Assembly (NCBI RefSeq): GCF_018350175.1
Contig: NC_058369.1
Span: 13,332,001 to 13,392,000, forward strand
Direction of reading: 5' to 3'
DNA from: Felis catus
Lineage: Eukaryota
Length of the DNA: 60,000 bases
In this document: piece after piece, positions 45,001 to 57,372 of the stretch
How the letters are laid out: each line of letters opens with the position of its first letter
Position numbering within the stretch: the first letter of the stretch is position 1
Notes under the pieces: generated by a model
What the model saw: only the letters and a program-made list of their open reading frames with translations
Told to the model about the DNA's origin: nothing
Databases searched by the model: none
Translations under genes and position numbers: made by a program

Positions 45001-47994
45001 TCATCGCCGCCCCCTCCCCCGCCGCCCGAAGTCAGCAGTTTATCTCCACTTGTTCCGTATTAAGCAGCTCTGCCTGAGCACCTGACTCTCCGGGTTCCAT
45101 GTCAATTATTTATGAGACTCACTTTTTATGGCGCAGGAATATTCTGCAGAGTGGACTTATCGTCCCCCATCACCAGATACTGCCAATTGCTGATGGCTCT
45201 TTTTTTTACAAACTGCAAGTGACTTTGTCACAAAATTTTGCTGAATGTCAAAGCATAAATGCTCATGCTTCCTCCTCAATCCCATGTCACTAGAGACTAA
45301 CGGCCGCAAGCGAGTGTCTTTCCTGAGTTATTGGAGCTTTTTGGAATTCATGCATTCATGCAGCATACTTTTACTAACACCTACTGTGTTACCGGGCCTG
45401 GGGCCAGCAGGCAGCTGTTCAGAACCCAGGTCAGGGCCTGCCTCCTGCCTCCAGGACAAACCAGATGGTCAGAAGACCAGAAGCAGGGATTTGCGGAACA
45501 CGGGAAAGAGCCATGGGGCAGAGGGGCCGATGAGGAGCCAGGAGCTCGGGAGGAGCCGGAGTTAGCCAGGGAAGGAGGCCTCGGCGCCCCAGGAGGAGAG
45601 GACAGCCAGTGCAAAGGCTGAGGCAGGGCCGTGTTGGGGACAGAACGAACATGGGCTGTATGAGTACCGTGCAGGGACGAGGGGGCCTCGGGAGGACATT
45701 ACCTCTAATTGATGGGTAAACTCAGGCTCGGACAGTGGCCCTGCCTGAGGTGCCTGAACACAGATGTGGGGGCCCTTAACCTTTAACCTCGCCTCCACTT
45801 TCCTGCTGCGCAGGCAGGTTAGAGTTCAGAGGCCCAGGGGGACACTTCGTTCCACTATAGGAGTGTCACAGAGGGCACTGAAGGAGTGGGGATCACCCCC
45901 AGGGCATGGAAGTCAGATGGCAGAGTTGTAGGCAGAGGGTAGGCAGGTGGAGGTGCCTGAGGTGCAGGGCCCTGTGGGGGTGCGGGTGGGAGGTGGCCGA
46001 ATATTCCAAGCCTGTGGTTGCCCTGCACTACAAATGAACCACGCCATGACTCTGCCCACTGGTGGAGGTGGTGAGGGGCAGCAGCCAAGGGCAAGTCCTG
46101 TAGGTCAGATGGCATCAAGGCCTCCCTGGGGGGCAAGGTGGGACCAGTCACAGCCCCTGCGACACTTGGCTAGGGACAGTGCCCATAAGGGCAGACCCCT
46201 GCCCCAGCCAGAAAATGGGCTCAGACCTTCCCTGGGTCCTGTCACCTTCGGAATCCAATACAAACCCCTCCCTTGAGGCCCCTTGGGGTCCCACCCTATG
46301 TCCTCCCCACCTCTTCTCCTGCCGAGCTTCCCCCCCCCTGCTCCAGCCACACCAGCCTTTGTGAGGCTCTCCTCTGTCCTGCCAGGAGGTTCCTGCCTCA
46401 GGGCCTTTGCACCTGCATTCCCACCTCTAAGGACTTTCCTGTCCTCCATCTCTCTTCCTGTCTGGCTCCTCCTCCAGCCCAGGTGTCGCCTGAGGTTCCT
46501 GCCTCAGGGCCTTTGCACCTGCATTCCCACCTCTAAGGACTTTCCTGTCCTCCATCTCTCTTCCTGTCTGGCTCCTCCTCCAGCCCAGGTGTCGCCTTTC
46601 CTTCAAGAGCCACCATCCACCTGCCCTGGCCAAGGTTCCCTTTGCTCCCATAGTACTGTAGGCTGGGAGCCCTCAGGTAGGCCTGTTGTGCTCCAGCTGT
46701 GTCCGCTGTGCCCAGCACAGGGTCTAGCACACAGCAGGGCCCCAGTCTGCCTTGGGTGAGATAGGTAAAAACCCAGACCTCATGCCAGTGGTGGGGCCCA
46801 CTCCTGATCGCCTCCCTCCCCCCAGGAGGAGAAGGAGAAGCGGCGCCTGGAGCAGCTAGAGCGCAAGAAGGAGACGCAGCGCCTGCTGGAGGAGGAAGAC
46901 TCCAAGCTCAAGGGTGGCAAGGCCCCCCGGGCGGCCGCGCCCAGCAAGGTCACCCGCGCCCAGATTGAGGAGACGCTCCGTCGAGACCACCAACACAAGG
47001 AAGCCCCAGACCCAGGTGGGGCTTTGGCTCGCTCTGGAGCTGCCTTTTCCCCCGCTAAAGGCCAGGCCGCAGGACTAACCCTGGCTGAATCTAGAGCCCC
47101 TTCCTCACCCCCAGAGAAGCTGCCTGGGCTGTGTGGTGAAGCAGGGGTGGGCAGCGTCCTGGCAGGCCTGGCTTTGGGCACGAGAGCATGGGCACAAACA
47201 CGTGTGTATTTACTCGCTGTGCGTCTGACCTCCGCTTGTGGGCCATGGGGTCTCCGGGGACTGAATGGGGTGCCCGGAGGGTAAGGAGACAGCAGCCAGG
47301 AGTGGGGGTGTCTCCTGTGTGCTCAGCTGCAGGGAAGTCAGGATGGCAGCGGGGCCTGGGCAGGGGCCTGGGCGCTGGGAGGACAGGAGGGCGCCCCCGT
47401 CGTTCTTTGCCTGCTTGCCTCCTTCTCTCTCCTCTCTTCCCCCACTGCGTCGCTCTCATCTCTCCGGAGCTCTGCATCCCCGCTTATCTCCGTCCCTGTG
47501 TGCGTCCCTGTCACTTGGCTGTCTTCCGCCCCCAGCCGAGAAAGCCAAGAGCCACTTGGAGGTGCCGCTGGAGGAGAATGTGAACCGCCGCGTGCTGGAG
47601 GAGGGCAGTGTGGAGGCGCGCACCATCGAGGATGCCATCGCGGTGCTCAGGTGATGGGGTGGGGCTTGAGCGCCGGGGGTGGGGCTATGTGTCTGGGGGC
47701 GGAGCACGGCCCTCCCCGCGGGCGGGGCCGCACCCTAGACCCCTCCCCCCCCTCACTCGGCTCTCCTCCTCCCTGTCCTCCCCTAGCGTGACGGAGGAGG
47801 CTGCCGACCGGCACCCAGAGCGCCGCATGCGGGCGGCCTTCACCGCCTTCGAGGAGGCGCAGCTGCCGCGGCTCAAGCAAGAAAACCCCAACATGCGGCT
47901 GTCGCAGCTGAAGCAGCTGCTCAAGAAGGAGTGGCTGCGGTCGCCGGACAACCCCATGAACCAGCGGGCCGTGCCCTTCAATACCCCCAAGTGA
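41906..47994 (+). CDS. CCDC124: Coiled-coil domain-containing protein 124 (Lso2 orthologue, ribosome hibernation factor): join(41906..42064,46826..47015,47536..47650,47787..47994); 672 nt = 223 aa + stop
   Basis: MPKKFQGENTKSAAARARRAEAKAAADARKQKELEDAYWKDEDKHVMRKEQRK...HPERRMRAAFTAFEEAQLPRLKQENPNMRLSQLKQLLKKEWLRSPDNPMNQ; GT-AG introns in consistent phase; synteny with SLC5A5. Confidence 0.97.
42305..42530 (-). mobile_element. MER20-like hAT DNA transposon
   Basis: cacttggcaacatccggagacattttggggtgtcacagc...ccactggcatctgg. Confidence 0.65.
42712..42725 (+). promoter_or_regulatory. CTCF motif (forward), CCDC124 intron
   Basis: CCAGTAGGTGGCGC matches CCASYAGRKGGCRS. Confidence 0.6.
42936..43155 (-). 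mobile_element. Young feline-type Can-SINE
   Basis: Near-consensus body; TSD GATCCTGCCTT. Confidence 0.9.
44075..44820. mobile_element. Cluster of four Can-SINEs (+,+,-,+)
   Basis: Heads at about 44075, 44248, 44567 (-) and 44596. Confidence 0.88.
46386..46597 (+). repeat. Perfect 106-bp tandem duplication
   Basis: 46386-46491 is identical to 46492-46597 by base-by-base comparison. Confidence 0.95.
46826..47015 (+). CDS. CCDC124: CCDC124 coding exon (190 nt)
   Basis: ccccag|EEKEKRRLEQLERKKETQRLLEEEDSKLKGGK...EAPDP|gtgggg. Confidence 0.95.
47536..47650 (+). CDS. CCDC124: CCDC124 coding exon (115 nt)
   Basis: ccccag|EKAKSHLEVPLEENVNRRVLEEGSVEARTIEDAIAVL|gtgatg. Confidence 0.95.
47787..47994 (+). 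CDS. CCDC124: CCDC124 last coding exon part (208 nt including TGA)
   Basis: ccctag|VTEEAADRHPERR...PFNTPK*. Confidence 0.95.
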
Positions 47995-48212
47995 GCCCAG
48001 AACTGGGGGAGCCGCCCTACAGGCGGTCAGGGTCATGACCTCACACGCCGTCCGCTGGGCCAGCTGCGTGGGTCACAGAGAGGTCCGGGGCTGAGGCAAG
48101 CATCCTGGGGGCTAGGTGGCATCATCGGTCGTGCCTCCCACCGGAGGGTCCCTGCTTCGAGTGACACCCACCACCCCCTTCCTGCGCCCGTGGAGCCCTG
48201 GGGCTGATGCCC

Positions 48213-48218
48213 AATAAA
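48213..48218 (+). terminator. CCDC124: CCDC124 polyadenylation signal
   Basis: AATAAA about 220 nt after the stop, followed by a GT-rich element (ctctgtgggtggcgggtgggt). Confidence 0.8.
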
Positions 48219-50259
48219 GGCGATCGGTGAGGCAAAGCGTGCACTCGACGTCTCTGTGGGTGGCGGGTGGGTGGGTGGGTGGTGGGGAGAGGAGGGCTGG
48301 AATGCAGGGGTCACGGCCAGAGAAGATCAGGGCCCCCAACTGCGTGTTGTCGCAGCAAGCTGAGACCTGTGCCTGGCTCTTACGGCCTCCCCACCTGGCT
48401 GGCCCCTTGTCCGTTAAGGGATCTGGACCACCACCCCTGGACGCTTTGCTGGGCTGCTACGAGGGGACTGCTCAGAGAGGTGGAGGCGCTGGCTCCAGGT
48501 CACAAAGTACTTCAGGGGCAGAACCAGAGGCGAGCTGAAGGCGACGTGTTAGCATCCTGAGGTTCTGGTTCAGAGTCAGCAGTCAGGTCACATGCTGTGC
48601 TGGGGGGGGGGGGGGGGTCAGGAAATGCTGGCTGCTCTGGTGTTACTCCAGCAGGGGAGGCATCTGGGTCAAGTCATGGGCAGGCTTCCCAGTGGAGGAT
48701 TTCTTCCGAGCGGGCCTGAGCGGGAGATGAGTCGGATCCCATTGTATAGGCAGGGCCGTGGGCAGGCGAGGGCCTGGAGGCTGGAACGGGCAGGTGGATC
48801 CGGGTAGGAATAAGTGTCCCATCAGAGGCTGCATGTCCGGGAAGGGTTGGGTGAGATCTGTTCCTGGTTCTGGCTTCCTAGAGCTTACTTGGCCTTGGAA
48901 AGTTGGCAGAAAGGGAGGGCAGCAGCCAGATGGGCCCCCATGGGTAGGGGTAGGGTCCAAGCATTTACCAGGTCACTGCTATGGCTCTCACCCACGTGAC
49001 AGCCCCCACAAGGCTGCCCTTGCGGCTTCTGGTCTCCATACCCCCCAACTGTGTGGCATCCAGGGCTGGGCCAAAGGAGGCCATGAGGGTTTCATGGAGG
49101 GAAGACCTCGAAGGATGCATAGGAGTTCTGTGCACAGACAGGGGCAGAAAAGGCTGAAGGAACCACATGTGCAAAGGCCTGGAGGTCACAGCTTTCCTGT
49201 TCAAGGGAGGGGTGCCATTAATAATTGGGTACAGCTAAAATGCAAAATGGAAGGTTCCTGAAGCAATTGCTGGTTGGCATGAAACTAACCAACATATATT
49301 GAACAATGGCTTAGTTTGGGGATCCTGGAGCCAACTCTAAAACCACCGCTAGAAGACATGTGAGGAATCCAGGAAGTATTCCCAGAAGACCCCGTGGGCT
49401 CTAGGGAAGCGAGACAGAAAGCAGGCGCCCTGCAGGGGTTGCCGTGACAAGGAGGAAAATCGCACCAGGAAGCAGGGTGGGGAAGCCACCACCAAACTAG
49501 ACCAGCCGTGAGAAACATCCCCTAGATGCTGGGCCCTGGCCTAGCACATGGTAATATGTCCCCGAAGCCTGGGGACAGCCCCATGAGATATTTATCCCCT
49601 TTACAGATGGGAAAACGAAGCCACCTGCCTGTCACATAGCCAGAAGGCACCCAGGGCTGTGAGGGAGCCAGCAGGGACAGCAGTGGGGTCCAGAATCAGG
49701 GTTGAAGGCCAAATAATGGGTGGAGGGGCCCAGATGACTCCTCACAAATAGAGGGTTCTGCCTTTTACCTCTGCGGTCTTAGGCCAGGGCCTAATGGGGC
49801 TAAGCTTCAATTTCCTCCTGTATAAAACGGGACTAAAACAGTATCTAACCCCAGGCTATCTCGAGAATCAACGAGATGGTGCCTGGGAAGGGCATATCCT
49901 GAAGAAAGGCTTGGCAAAGGAGCCTCCTGCGTGGGCACGTTGAGGTCTTTGTGGTCTGGAAATGGGGGGGGGGGGGGGTGGGGCGGAGAGGGGGTGGTGG
50001 CTAGCTACCAATGGTGAATAACCAGAAGGTAGATACCAGCTGGGCGTTCAGGGCCTCAGACGCCGGGCTGAAGAATAGGGCTTCACCGCAGGAAGGTAGG
50101 GAGCCACGGCGGGTCTGTGAGCAAGGTAGGAAAGGTATCGGAGCTGCGTGTGGCAAGCTCTCCCGGGGACCTGCAGAGGGATGGCCGGTGGACCAGAGAG
50201 GAAATAACACTCCGGAGCTGAGAGGACCGCTTCGATCCTCTGACAAAGGGAATATGGTA

Positions 50260-50900
50260 ATAGCCTTTGTTCCCTAGCACGGAAAAGCCCCTTCTTTCTC
50301 CGGCCCCGCCCCCGCGGAATCCCAGGCCCGCGCTTGCGCGCGGGCAGCAGGGAATCCCCGACTCGGCTGCAGTGCGCGGGAGGGGGCGTGAGACGGGAGT
50401 TCCGTGCTCTCCCAGCCCTCCCCGCGCGCGTTGCCGGGACAACCGGGCGGGGCTGTGGGGACGCCGGGCGCCCACTGCGCCTGCGCGGGGGTGCTCGCTT
50501 CACGCGCTAGGGCTTTCCCGTCGAGCGCCGGTCTGGGAGGGAAAGCCTCGCCCTGCGCGCATGCGTCGATCCCCGACCGACCCCCGCCCTGTGGGCAAGG
50601 GAATCCTCACACGCCGCAGTGCGCACTGGGGGAGGGGTGGGGAAACCGGCTCAAACCAGAGTGGGGTTTGCTGAGGAGGTGGCGGGGGAGGGAGAGAGAG
50701 TGGGGTCTTCCGGAGGTTCCCGCTCCGGCCCTCGCCGTCGCCTTGGCAACCGGGCGCGCGGGCCGCAGGGAGGGGTGCGGCGGCCTCAGGGAAGCCGGGC
50801 GGCTCTGCGCCTGCGTGGAGCGCGGCGCCGGTGGCCGGGGTTCCCCCTTGCGCGCCCCGGGGATTGACGGGGGAGGGTTCGCAGAAGAGAGGAGAGGGTG
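50260..50900. promoter_or_regulatory. CpG island without an assignable exon (promoter/enhancer-like)
   Basis: CpG-dense; RFX X-boxes, NRF1-type GCGC(A/C)TGCG motifs and kB-like sites. Confidence 0.65.
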
Positions 50901-53900
50901 GGTGCCCGGGGAGGAGGTTAGCGCGGAGAGAGGGGCCGTGGAGGAGGAGGGGGGGGGAATGGTGGAGGGACGAGGAGGAAGGGTGGGTGCCAGAGAAGGT
51001 GGGGGAAACGCGAAGGGCTGGGGAAGATGGGGAGAGGGGTGCAAGAGGAGTAGGAGGAGTCGGAGGATGGGGTAATGAGGGAGGGCGTGGAAGGAGGGGG
51101 ACAACAAAGGAAGAGAGAGGAGGGGAGGGGAAACTTGAGGAGCAGTTAAGGGACGTGGACAGCGTGTGGGGGACAAAGGAAAGCCTAGGAAGGGAACATG
51201 TGCGGCGCCGGCGACAGCGTGATGGACTGGGAGAGGACGGACACTTCCAGGGCCCCTTCTCCTCCTCCTCCGCACAAACCCCAGGTTTGCGTGGCCAGAA
51301 GATCTGGGCTTAGAGTTTCCAGGTTTAGAAAAAGAAAACTACGTCGCCCAGTAAAACTTGACTTGCAGATAAACAACGAATACTTTTTATTTTTACAAGT
51401 ATGTCCCATTCCGTGTCCTGTATTTTATGTGGCAGCCCTAATTGTGCATGGTCGGGCACCCCCCCCCCCCCTTACTGTCTTCCCCCACATTCCGGCCTGT
51501 CCTTTGAGACTTTCTGAAACCTCTCGGATGATGCCTTTGTCTCTTGCCTGGCTGGTTCCCCCTGGTCCTGCATGCCAGGTCCCCCCACTTCCCATGCCAG
51601 TTCCCACCCTTCTGGCCTTGAACACCAGCCTGAGGTGTAGTCTGGGCCCGGCAGTGAAACGTGCAAAGACAGGGCACTCACCCATCCCGAGGCTTTCTCC
51701 CTCAGCACCCACAAGCCCCCGCCCCCCCACGTCCATGGCTGTGGGCCTGGCCCTGCTGACACCACATGTCCCTGCTCATCCCCAGCCCATCACCTTTTCC
51801 CAGAATCCACAAGGCTCTGTATTCTCAGGGACCCCAGGAATCCCCCCCCCTCCGAATTCAACCCTCAATCTCTGGGCATATAAATATATAGATAGTAGTT
51901 GCTCAAAGCCTTAAAGGTAAATTTATGGAGGCAAGTATGGGGGGGGGGTTGATTTCTCAACACTGGCAGCTGCGTTTTCTGTCCCATGGGGGGCACATAC
52001 CCTCTCTGAGCTTTTATATCCTCCAACAAAGAGATTTTCCCTTTATCCTCCCCTTGGTTTCAAAAAGTGTAAGCTAATGAAACATGGAAAAGCTAATAAC
52101 AAAGGAAAGGTCACTCCGCTCCCCTCAGTCACTGCTGAGGTCACTGCTGCGGAAAGGTCACTGCTCCCAGTGCCCCCTCCTCCTCTCAGCCTTTGCTCTT
52201 TATACTTACTTGCCATCTGAGCAGACATGCCTCCGAGCTGGCTTCTCAACCGGCCTGGAACTCCGTCCCTGTGGACCATAACCATCATGTTATTCTGGAA
52301 ACGGGCTAAGCCATCCCTGGTGGGGAACATTTGGGGGCCTGTGGTTGTTAGTGTCCCTGTGCAAGGTGACACCCCTACGGGAGCAGATGATGGATCTTTT
52401 GTGCCACGTCCCAGGGGTGCTTTCCAGAGTGGCTAGCTGGGGCAGTGGTGCTATCTCTGTCTCTGGAGCTGGGTAGCTCCTGGGGAGGTGCTGGGTCAGA
52501 GTTGGCCCACCCATCATCAGCCAAGCCCAAGTTGCCGAGAACCCCCCCATTCCCTGGGGGAGGCAGAAGGTGAACAAGTAACACAGCACACCAGGAATTG
52601 AAGACCTGAAACTAGAGGGATGTTCCCAGAGCAGGAGGTGACTTTGAACCGGGCTCTGAAAGACAATAGGGGGTGAGGGAAGGGTGATCTTGGCAGAAAG
52701 AAGGGCAGATGCAAAGCCCCTGAGGCTGGACACATTAACACAGAGGTTGAGTCAGGCCAGAGTGTGGTGGGTGGTCTAGGGAGACAGCCCTAGTGCTGGG
52801 ACAAAAGGGAGTGGGAGCCGGAGCTCTCAGGACTTGGAAGAGGGGGAGAGTTCAAGGAGGAAGGTGCTAGTTCTGGGGACAGGGACAGGATCAGTCACAT
52901 AGCTGAGTATGGAATTCTGTAGTTGCATCACGGAGAAGGGACGAGGGAGGCCATGGGTGCGAGGCAAGGAACAGTGGGAGGGGCCTTCTGGGGGCTCCGC
53001 AGGGCAGATGTCCAGGTTCAAGGGTGGAGGACTCCCCCCTCCCCCCTGTGAAGCCACCCTGTCACTGCTGACTCTTGACCCTCCCTGTGTCCGACCAAGG
53101 TGCAGACCTCAGCCTTCCCCCCCCCCCCCCCCCCGCCGGTGGAGAGTCATCCCCGCAGAGGTACTGGGTGGGACCCCTCATCGGTGGAGTCCCTGCGGTT
53201 CCCCCCAGCCCTCCCTCAATCTGCCTCCACAATGAATACCCTAGAGGTCCCCCGCCCCTTTGTTCTCTTTCCCTACACACACGGTCACGGTCACGCTGGC
53301 GGCTCCTTCTGAGAGCATCTCACACACAATGGGGGGGGGGGTGGTGCGCTCCCAATCGCCCCCCACTCCATCCCCCCCCGCGGCCCCGCCCGCACCGCGG
53401 AATCCCGGCCTCCGGGACCCCACCCGGGGAGTGCATTACCTTTCCAAGGGAGGCGCCCGGCGGCGTGGGGGGGCGGGGGGGAGGAGAGTTGGAGAGGGAG
53501 GGCTATTTTTAGAATGAATGGAAGAAAAGAGGGGGGAAAAAAACAACCAAAAAGAAAAAGGATGGAGGCTCATGGAAGCTTCCTGGCTCCCAAGAGGAAA
53601 CCCCCCTCATCCCAGGCCACAGCGGAAGGTGGGTGGGGGTTCGGAGACTGGGTGGGTGGGGCTGCGGGGGGCAGGGGGCCGAGAGGGAGAACACGGTGGT
53701 CTGGGAGGGCACCACTCCTCCTGGGGTGGGGGGGTGGGGTGGGGCGGAATTGGATAACAGCAAAATACAGCCGGCAGCCCCAAAGACCTCGGAGAGCTGG
53801 AGGGACCCCAGAAGTGAATGCTGTCCAGTCGCAAGAAAGAAATAGGCTGAGAGAGGGGCCTGAACAGGGCCAAGGTCACAGGAGGGGCTGAGCCCTGCGC

Positions 53901-54399
53901 AGCGCCCCCTCTGCCATCCCCTAGTGACCCTAACCCCGGGAGCCGCATTCTTCTAATTTGGCAGAGTGACCTTCACAAACAATCTCGCGGCCCAGGGCCC
54001 GGCTGTTCACGTTCAGCGGGGTCCCTGAATCGTGCGGTGAGAAGAGGGACGTCACAGCCCAACAATGACATTAGAGAAGTTTTCTGTGGTTTGTTTCATG
54101 GCCACCCGAGGTACCCCTCCCTCACTGGGACCTTCCAGCCCCAGCAACGTCACCAGCTGCCTGAAGCCTCCGGGTCCCCCCCCTGGACCTCCCAGGCCCC
54201 AGAGCCCGCTCAAGGTGGGGGGCTGAATTGCCTCCCTTTCTCTCCGCGGCTCCATTCCTAACCCGGACGCCAGGAAGCGAGCCCCCAGAGACAGGCGGGC
54301 AGCCGCATTTCTATGCTGCCGGGGCGCTGGGCCCTGGCCAGGGGCGCCCCAACTCTGGGTCTCAGTTTCCCCATCTGTGAAATGAACGTGATGGGCCAG

Positions 54400-54830
54400 C
54401 GGCGGCGGAGGGTCCTCCCAGCTCTTTGAGCGTTCTTAGAGATTGGCTGTTCCACTCCTGCGGGGAGGGGGATTCCCTCCCCACCCTTTCTGGAAAAGCA
54501 GAGCGGGAGAGGGGGGGTCGCACGGTGGCCGCCGCAGTCTGCCTCTCTCGCTCCACCGGGTAGGCGCCCCTCCCGGGGAGGCGGGGCGGGGCCCAGGTCG
54601 GCGGGGAGGGGGTCAGCTCTGCGGCGGCGCGCGCACACCCTCCCGGCTCACACGCCCTTGCCCGGCCGTGCACTTGTCTTCGCGCTCGGGCCAGGCGCTG
54701 GGGCTCCGGCGGCGGCGGCCGTCTCTGGCCGGTGAGTAGGCACTAGTGGGGCATTGGGGTGGGGGCGCTGACGGGGCGGAGGGCCCAGCGGCGCTCCCCT
54801 TCTCCTTGGTGGGCGTTTCGGTCAGGGTTT
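54400..54830. promoter_or_regulatory. KCNN1: CpG island / probable KCNN1 promoter
   Basis: CpG-rich with a GGCGGGGCGGGG GC-box cluster near 54580; expected position from SLC5A5-CCDC124-KCNN1 synteny. Confidence 0.6.
54640..54731 (+). other. KCNN1: Probable KCNN1 non-coding exon 1 (start approximate)
   Basis: Strong donor CCG|GTGAGT at 54731/54732 downstream of GC boxes; assignment by synteny only. Confidence 0.5.
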
Positions 54831-56473
54831 GCCCCGACTCCCGGAATTCAAAGGGGGGAGGTGCGGGAGGGAGGGGAACCCCTTCCATCTCCGCCCCCCC
54901 CCTCCCCAACTCCAAGCCTCGAGTCACTCCAGACGCCCCCCGCCCCAGCATCCCCCTGGGAGGAGGGGGGCTTCCGCTCCCGGAATTTGGAATGCGGAGA
55001 CGTCCTCCCACAGAGGAGAAGGTGGAGACCAGGGGACCCTCAGGCGCTAGCTGGGGGTGGGGGGTGGGGGGGGCGGTGGTGGCTCCATTGCTCCCTTCCC
55101 CTGCCTTCCCCCTCAGTCCTTCCACCTCTCACGGAGTGTGGTGGGGATTCCCCCGGCTGGCCCACTGCAGAGTGGAAGGGAACCCCCCACTCCCCCCCCA
55201 CCTGCCAGCCTACTGTGCGTGGGAGCTCCTCCTCTGCTCTCTTCCCTAAGCTCCACCTCCCCCCGCCCCCACCCCACTGACTGGGAAAGGGGCCGAGGCC
55301 CAGAGAGGGTTAGCACTTACCCAAGGTCACCCAGCTGGGCAGAGGCAGAGCTGTGTTTGTGGCGGACTCAGATTCAGGAACCCCAGAACTCAGCTGGTGG
55401 TGTGGGCTCCAGGGTCCCCTCTGCTTCCTGCGTTTAACTGTCAGGGTGGGGCTTGAGGGCCCTGTCTGGAACTGGGTGGGGGGAGTACCACACTCTCTCC
55501 AAGTCTCTCCACACTGCTGGAGGCCCAGACAGGACTGAGTGGATGAGCCCCCTAACTGGCTCCCTCCTCCGGGTTCCCGGGTCTCATGTCCCTCCTAGTC
55601 CTTCTTCCCCCAGCCTCCTCAAGCTGCCTTAGACCTCAAAGGAAGTCTGGGTGGTGAAGGGGAGAAGGGGAGGGAGGGCAAGGGGTCCTTCCAGAGCTGG
55701 TAGAGTGATCACTCTGACGCACCGACCCACTGGGTGACCTTGGACAATCTCCCTGTTCTCCCAGAGCCAGAGTCGGATCCAAAGCCCCCCCGACTAGAAC
55801 AGGCAGCCCCTGACTCGTCCAGGTGGCCACTGGCCCCACTCCAGATCCCCAGCGAGAGGAAGGGCAGCTGGGACGTCCATCTCAGCCCGTGTTCCCCCTT
55901 CAGTTCCATCCTGGGGTCGTGCTCCCTCACCCCTCTCCGCCATGGGGCTGCCCTGGGTCCCCTTTCGCCCCCTCCTCCGGAGTGGGGCCTGGGTTCCATG
56001 GGTACCATGGGGCTTTCCCAACAGCCCAGTACAGAGTGAATTCCTTGAGGGAGTTACCCCAGGGCAGCTGCAGACGGGGTGAGGGTCAGGGGGTGGCCAA
56101 GAATACAGCCGGCTGAGTCAGGGATCCCTACCTCCTTCACCCTTACAGCAGCCTGTCCCAGCCTCATCCACCTAGATCTCCCTGTGGTGAAGGAATTGGG
56201 GGGGACCTAGGAGCAGGACAGGGAACAGCATGGGGAAAGGCAGGTAGAGCCTTTAGTGTGCAGTGTCCAGTGGATGGAAACGGGGCTTCCAGGGAGAGGG
56301 TCTGGTATGGGGTACTGATGTTAAACTGATCTTAAACTTCCTTCATGCTCACAGGGTAATTCGGCTAGTTAGAAGACAGGTCTACTCTAAAAACCATTGC
56401 AGTGTGGGAGGTACCTACACGCCACCCTCCTGGGACCCTGCCTCTACCCCTTACCCGTGTCTGGTCCTTACAG

Positions 56474-56588
56474 GTCAAGGGGAGAAGAAAGGCAGCTCAG
56501 CCCCCTGCCAGCCAGGTGATAATCCAGCAGGACTGAAGGGGACAGGCCCTTTGGTGGTGGCTCATCCGGGAGACCCCTGCACACCAGG
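56474..56588 (+). other. KCNN1: Probable KCNN1 non-coding 5'-UTR exon (115 nt)
   Basis: ccttacag| ... AGG|GTGAGT; resembles my recollection of the human KCNN1 5' UTR (unverified); no KCNN1 coding sequence in the window. Confidence 0.45.
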
Positions 56589-57154
56589 GTGAGTGAATCC
56601 AGGTCTGGGTCCTATTTGGGAGTAAGGGTGGCCCGGGAGCTACGTGGACAATCTGGCGACGTAAGAAAAAAGCGCCAACCTCTGACATCAGACTAACAGT
56701 ACAATAACCACCACCACAACAGCTGCGCTTTCTAGAGCCCCCAGAGAGTCACTGCCCATTTTCTCCAGTCGCTGGTGGTGGGGAACCCGCTCTGTGTCAC
56801 ACAGCCAGAAGGGAGGAGATGAGCCAGGTTGGAAGGTCCCCCACCCCTGGTCCGCCACCCAGATTCTGTGGTCTCGCTCCGGGAGACAGCTTTTAGGGAG
56901 TAGCTCCTTTACTCCTTCTGTCCCCTGCAAACATTGGCTGACATTTCAGGGTCAGCAATGAGTTGCCAATGGGGGCGGGGTATGGAGAAAACAGAGGCAA
57001 CGGTTCTAAATACGTATGGTCGGTTTAATCAGTCAGCAAACACCGAACAGGTACTGTGTGCCCTGGGCTGGGTGCTGGGGACACGGCAGGGGCTGAGGCA
57101 GGCCCAGATCAGCCCTTGAGACATACTGGGAGGGGAATAGAACACAGTGATCCT

Positions 57155-57372
57155 TTTTTTTTTTTTTTTAAGTTTATTCATTTATTTTGAGAGAGAGAGA
57201 GAGAGAGAGAAAATGAATGAGTGGGGGAAGGGCAGAGAAAGAGGGAGAGAATCTCAAGCAGGCTCCTTGCTGTCAGCTCAGAGCCCAGTGCGGGGCTTGA
57301 TCTCACGAACTGTGTGTGGAATCATGGCCTGAGCCAAAATCGAGCTGGATGCTCAACCGACTGAGCCATCCC
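57155..57372 (-). mobile_element. Can-SINE within an L2-like remnant (about 57020-57900)
   Basis: SINE body; L2-like gtgcaagggtcctgaggcag...tttgaggaacagtgaggagg. Confidence 0.75.

Noticed and set aside
50404..51914. ORFs of 222-238 aa around the orphan CpG island
   Set aside because: Low complexity, no recognisable domain, explained by GC and purine bias
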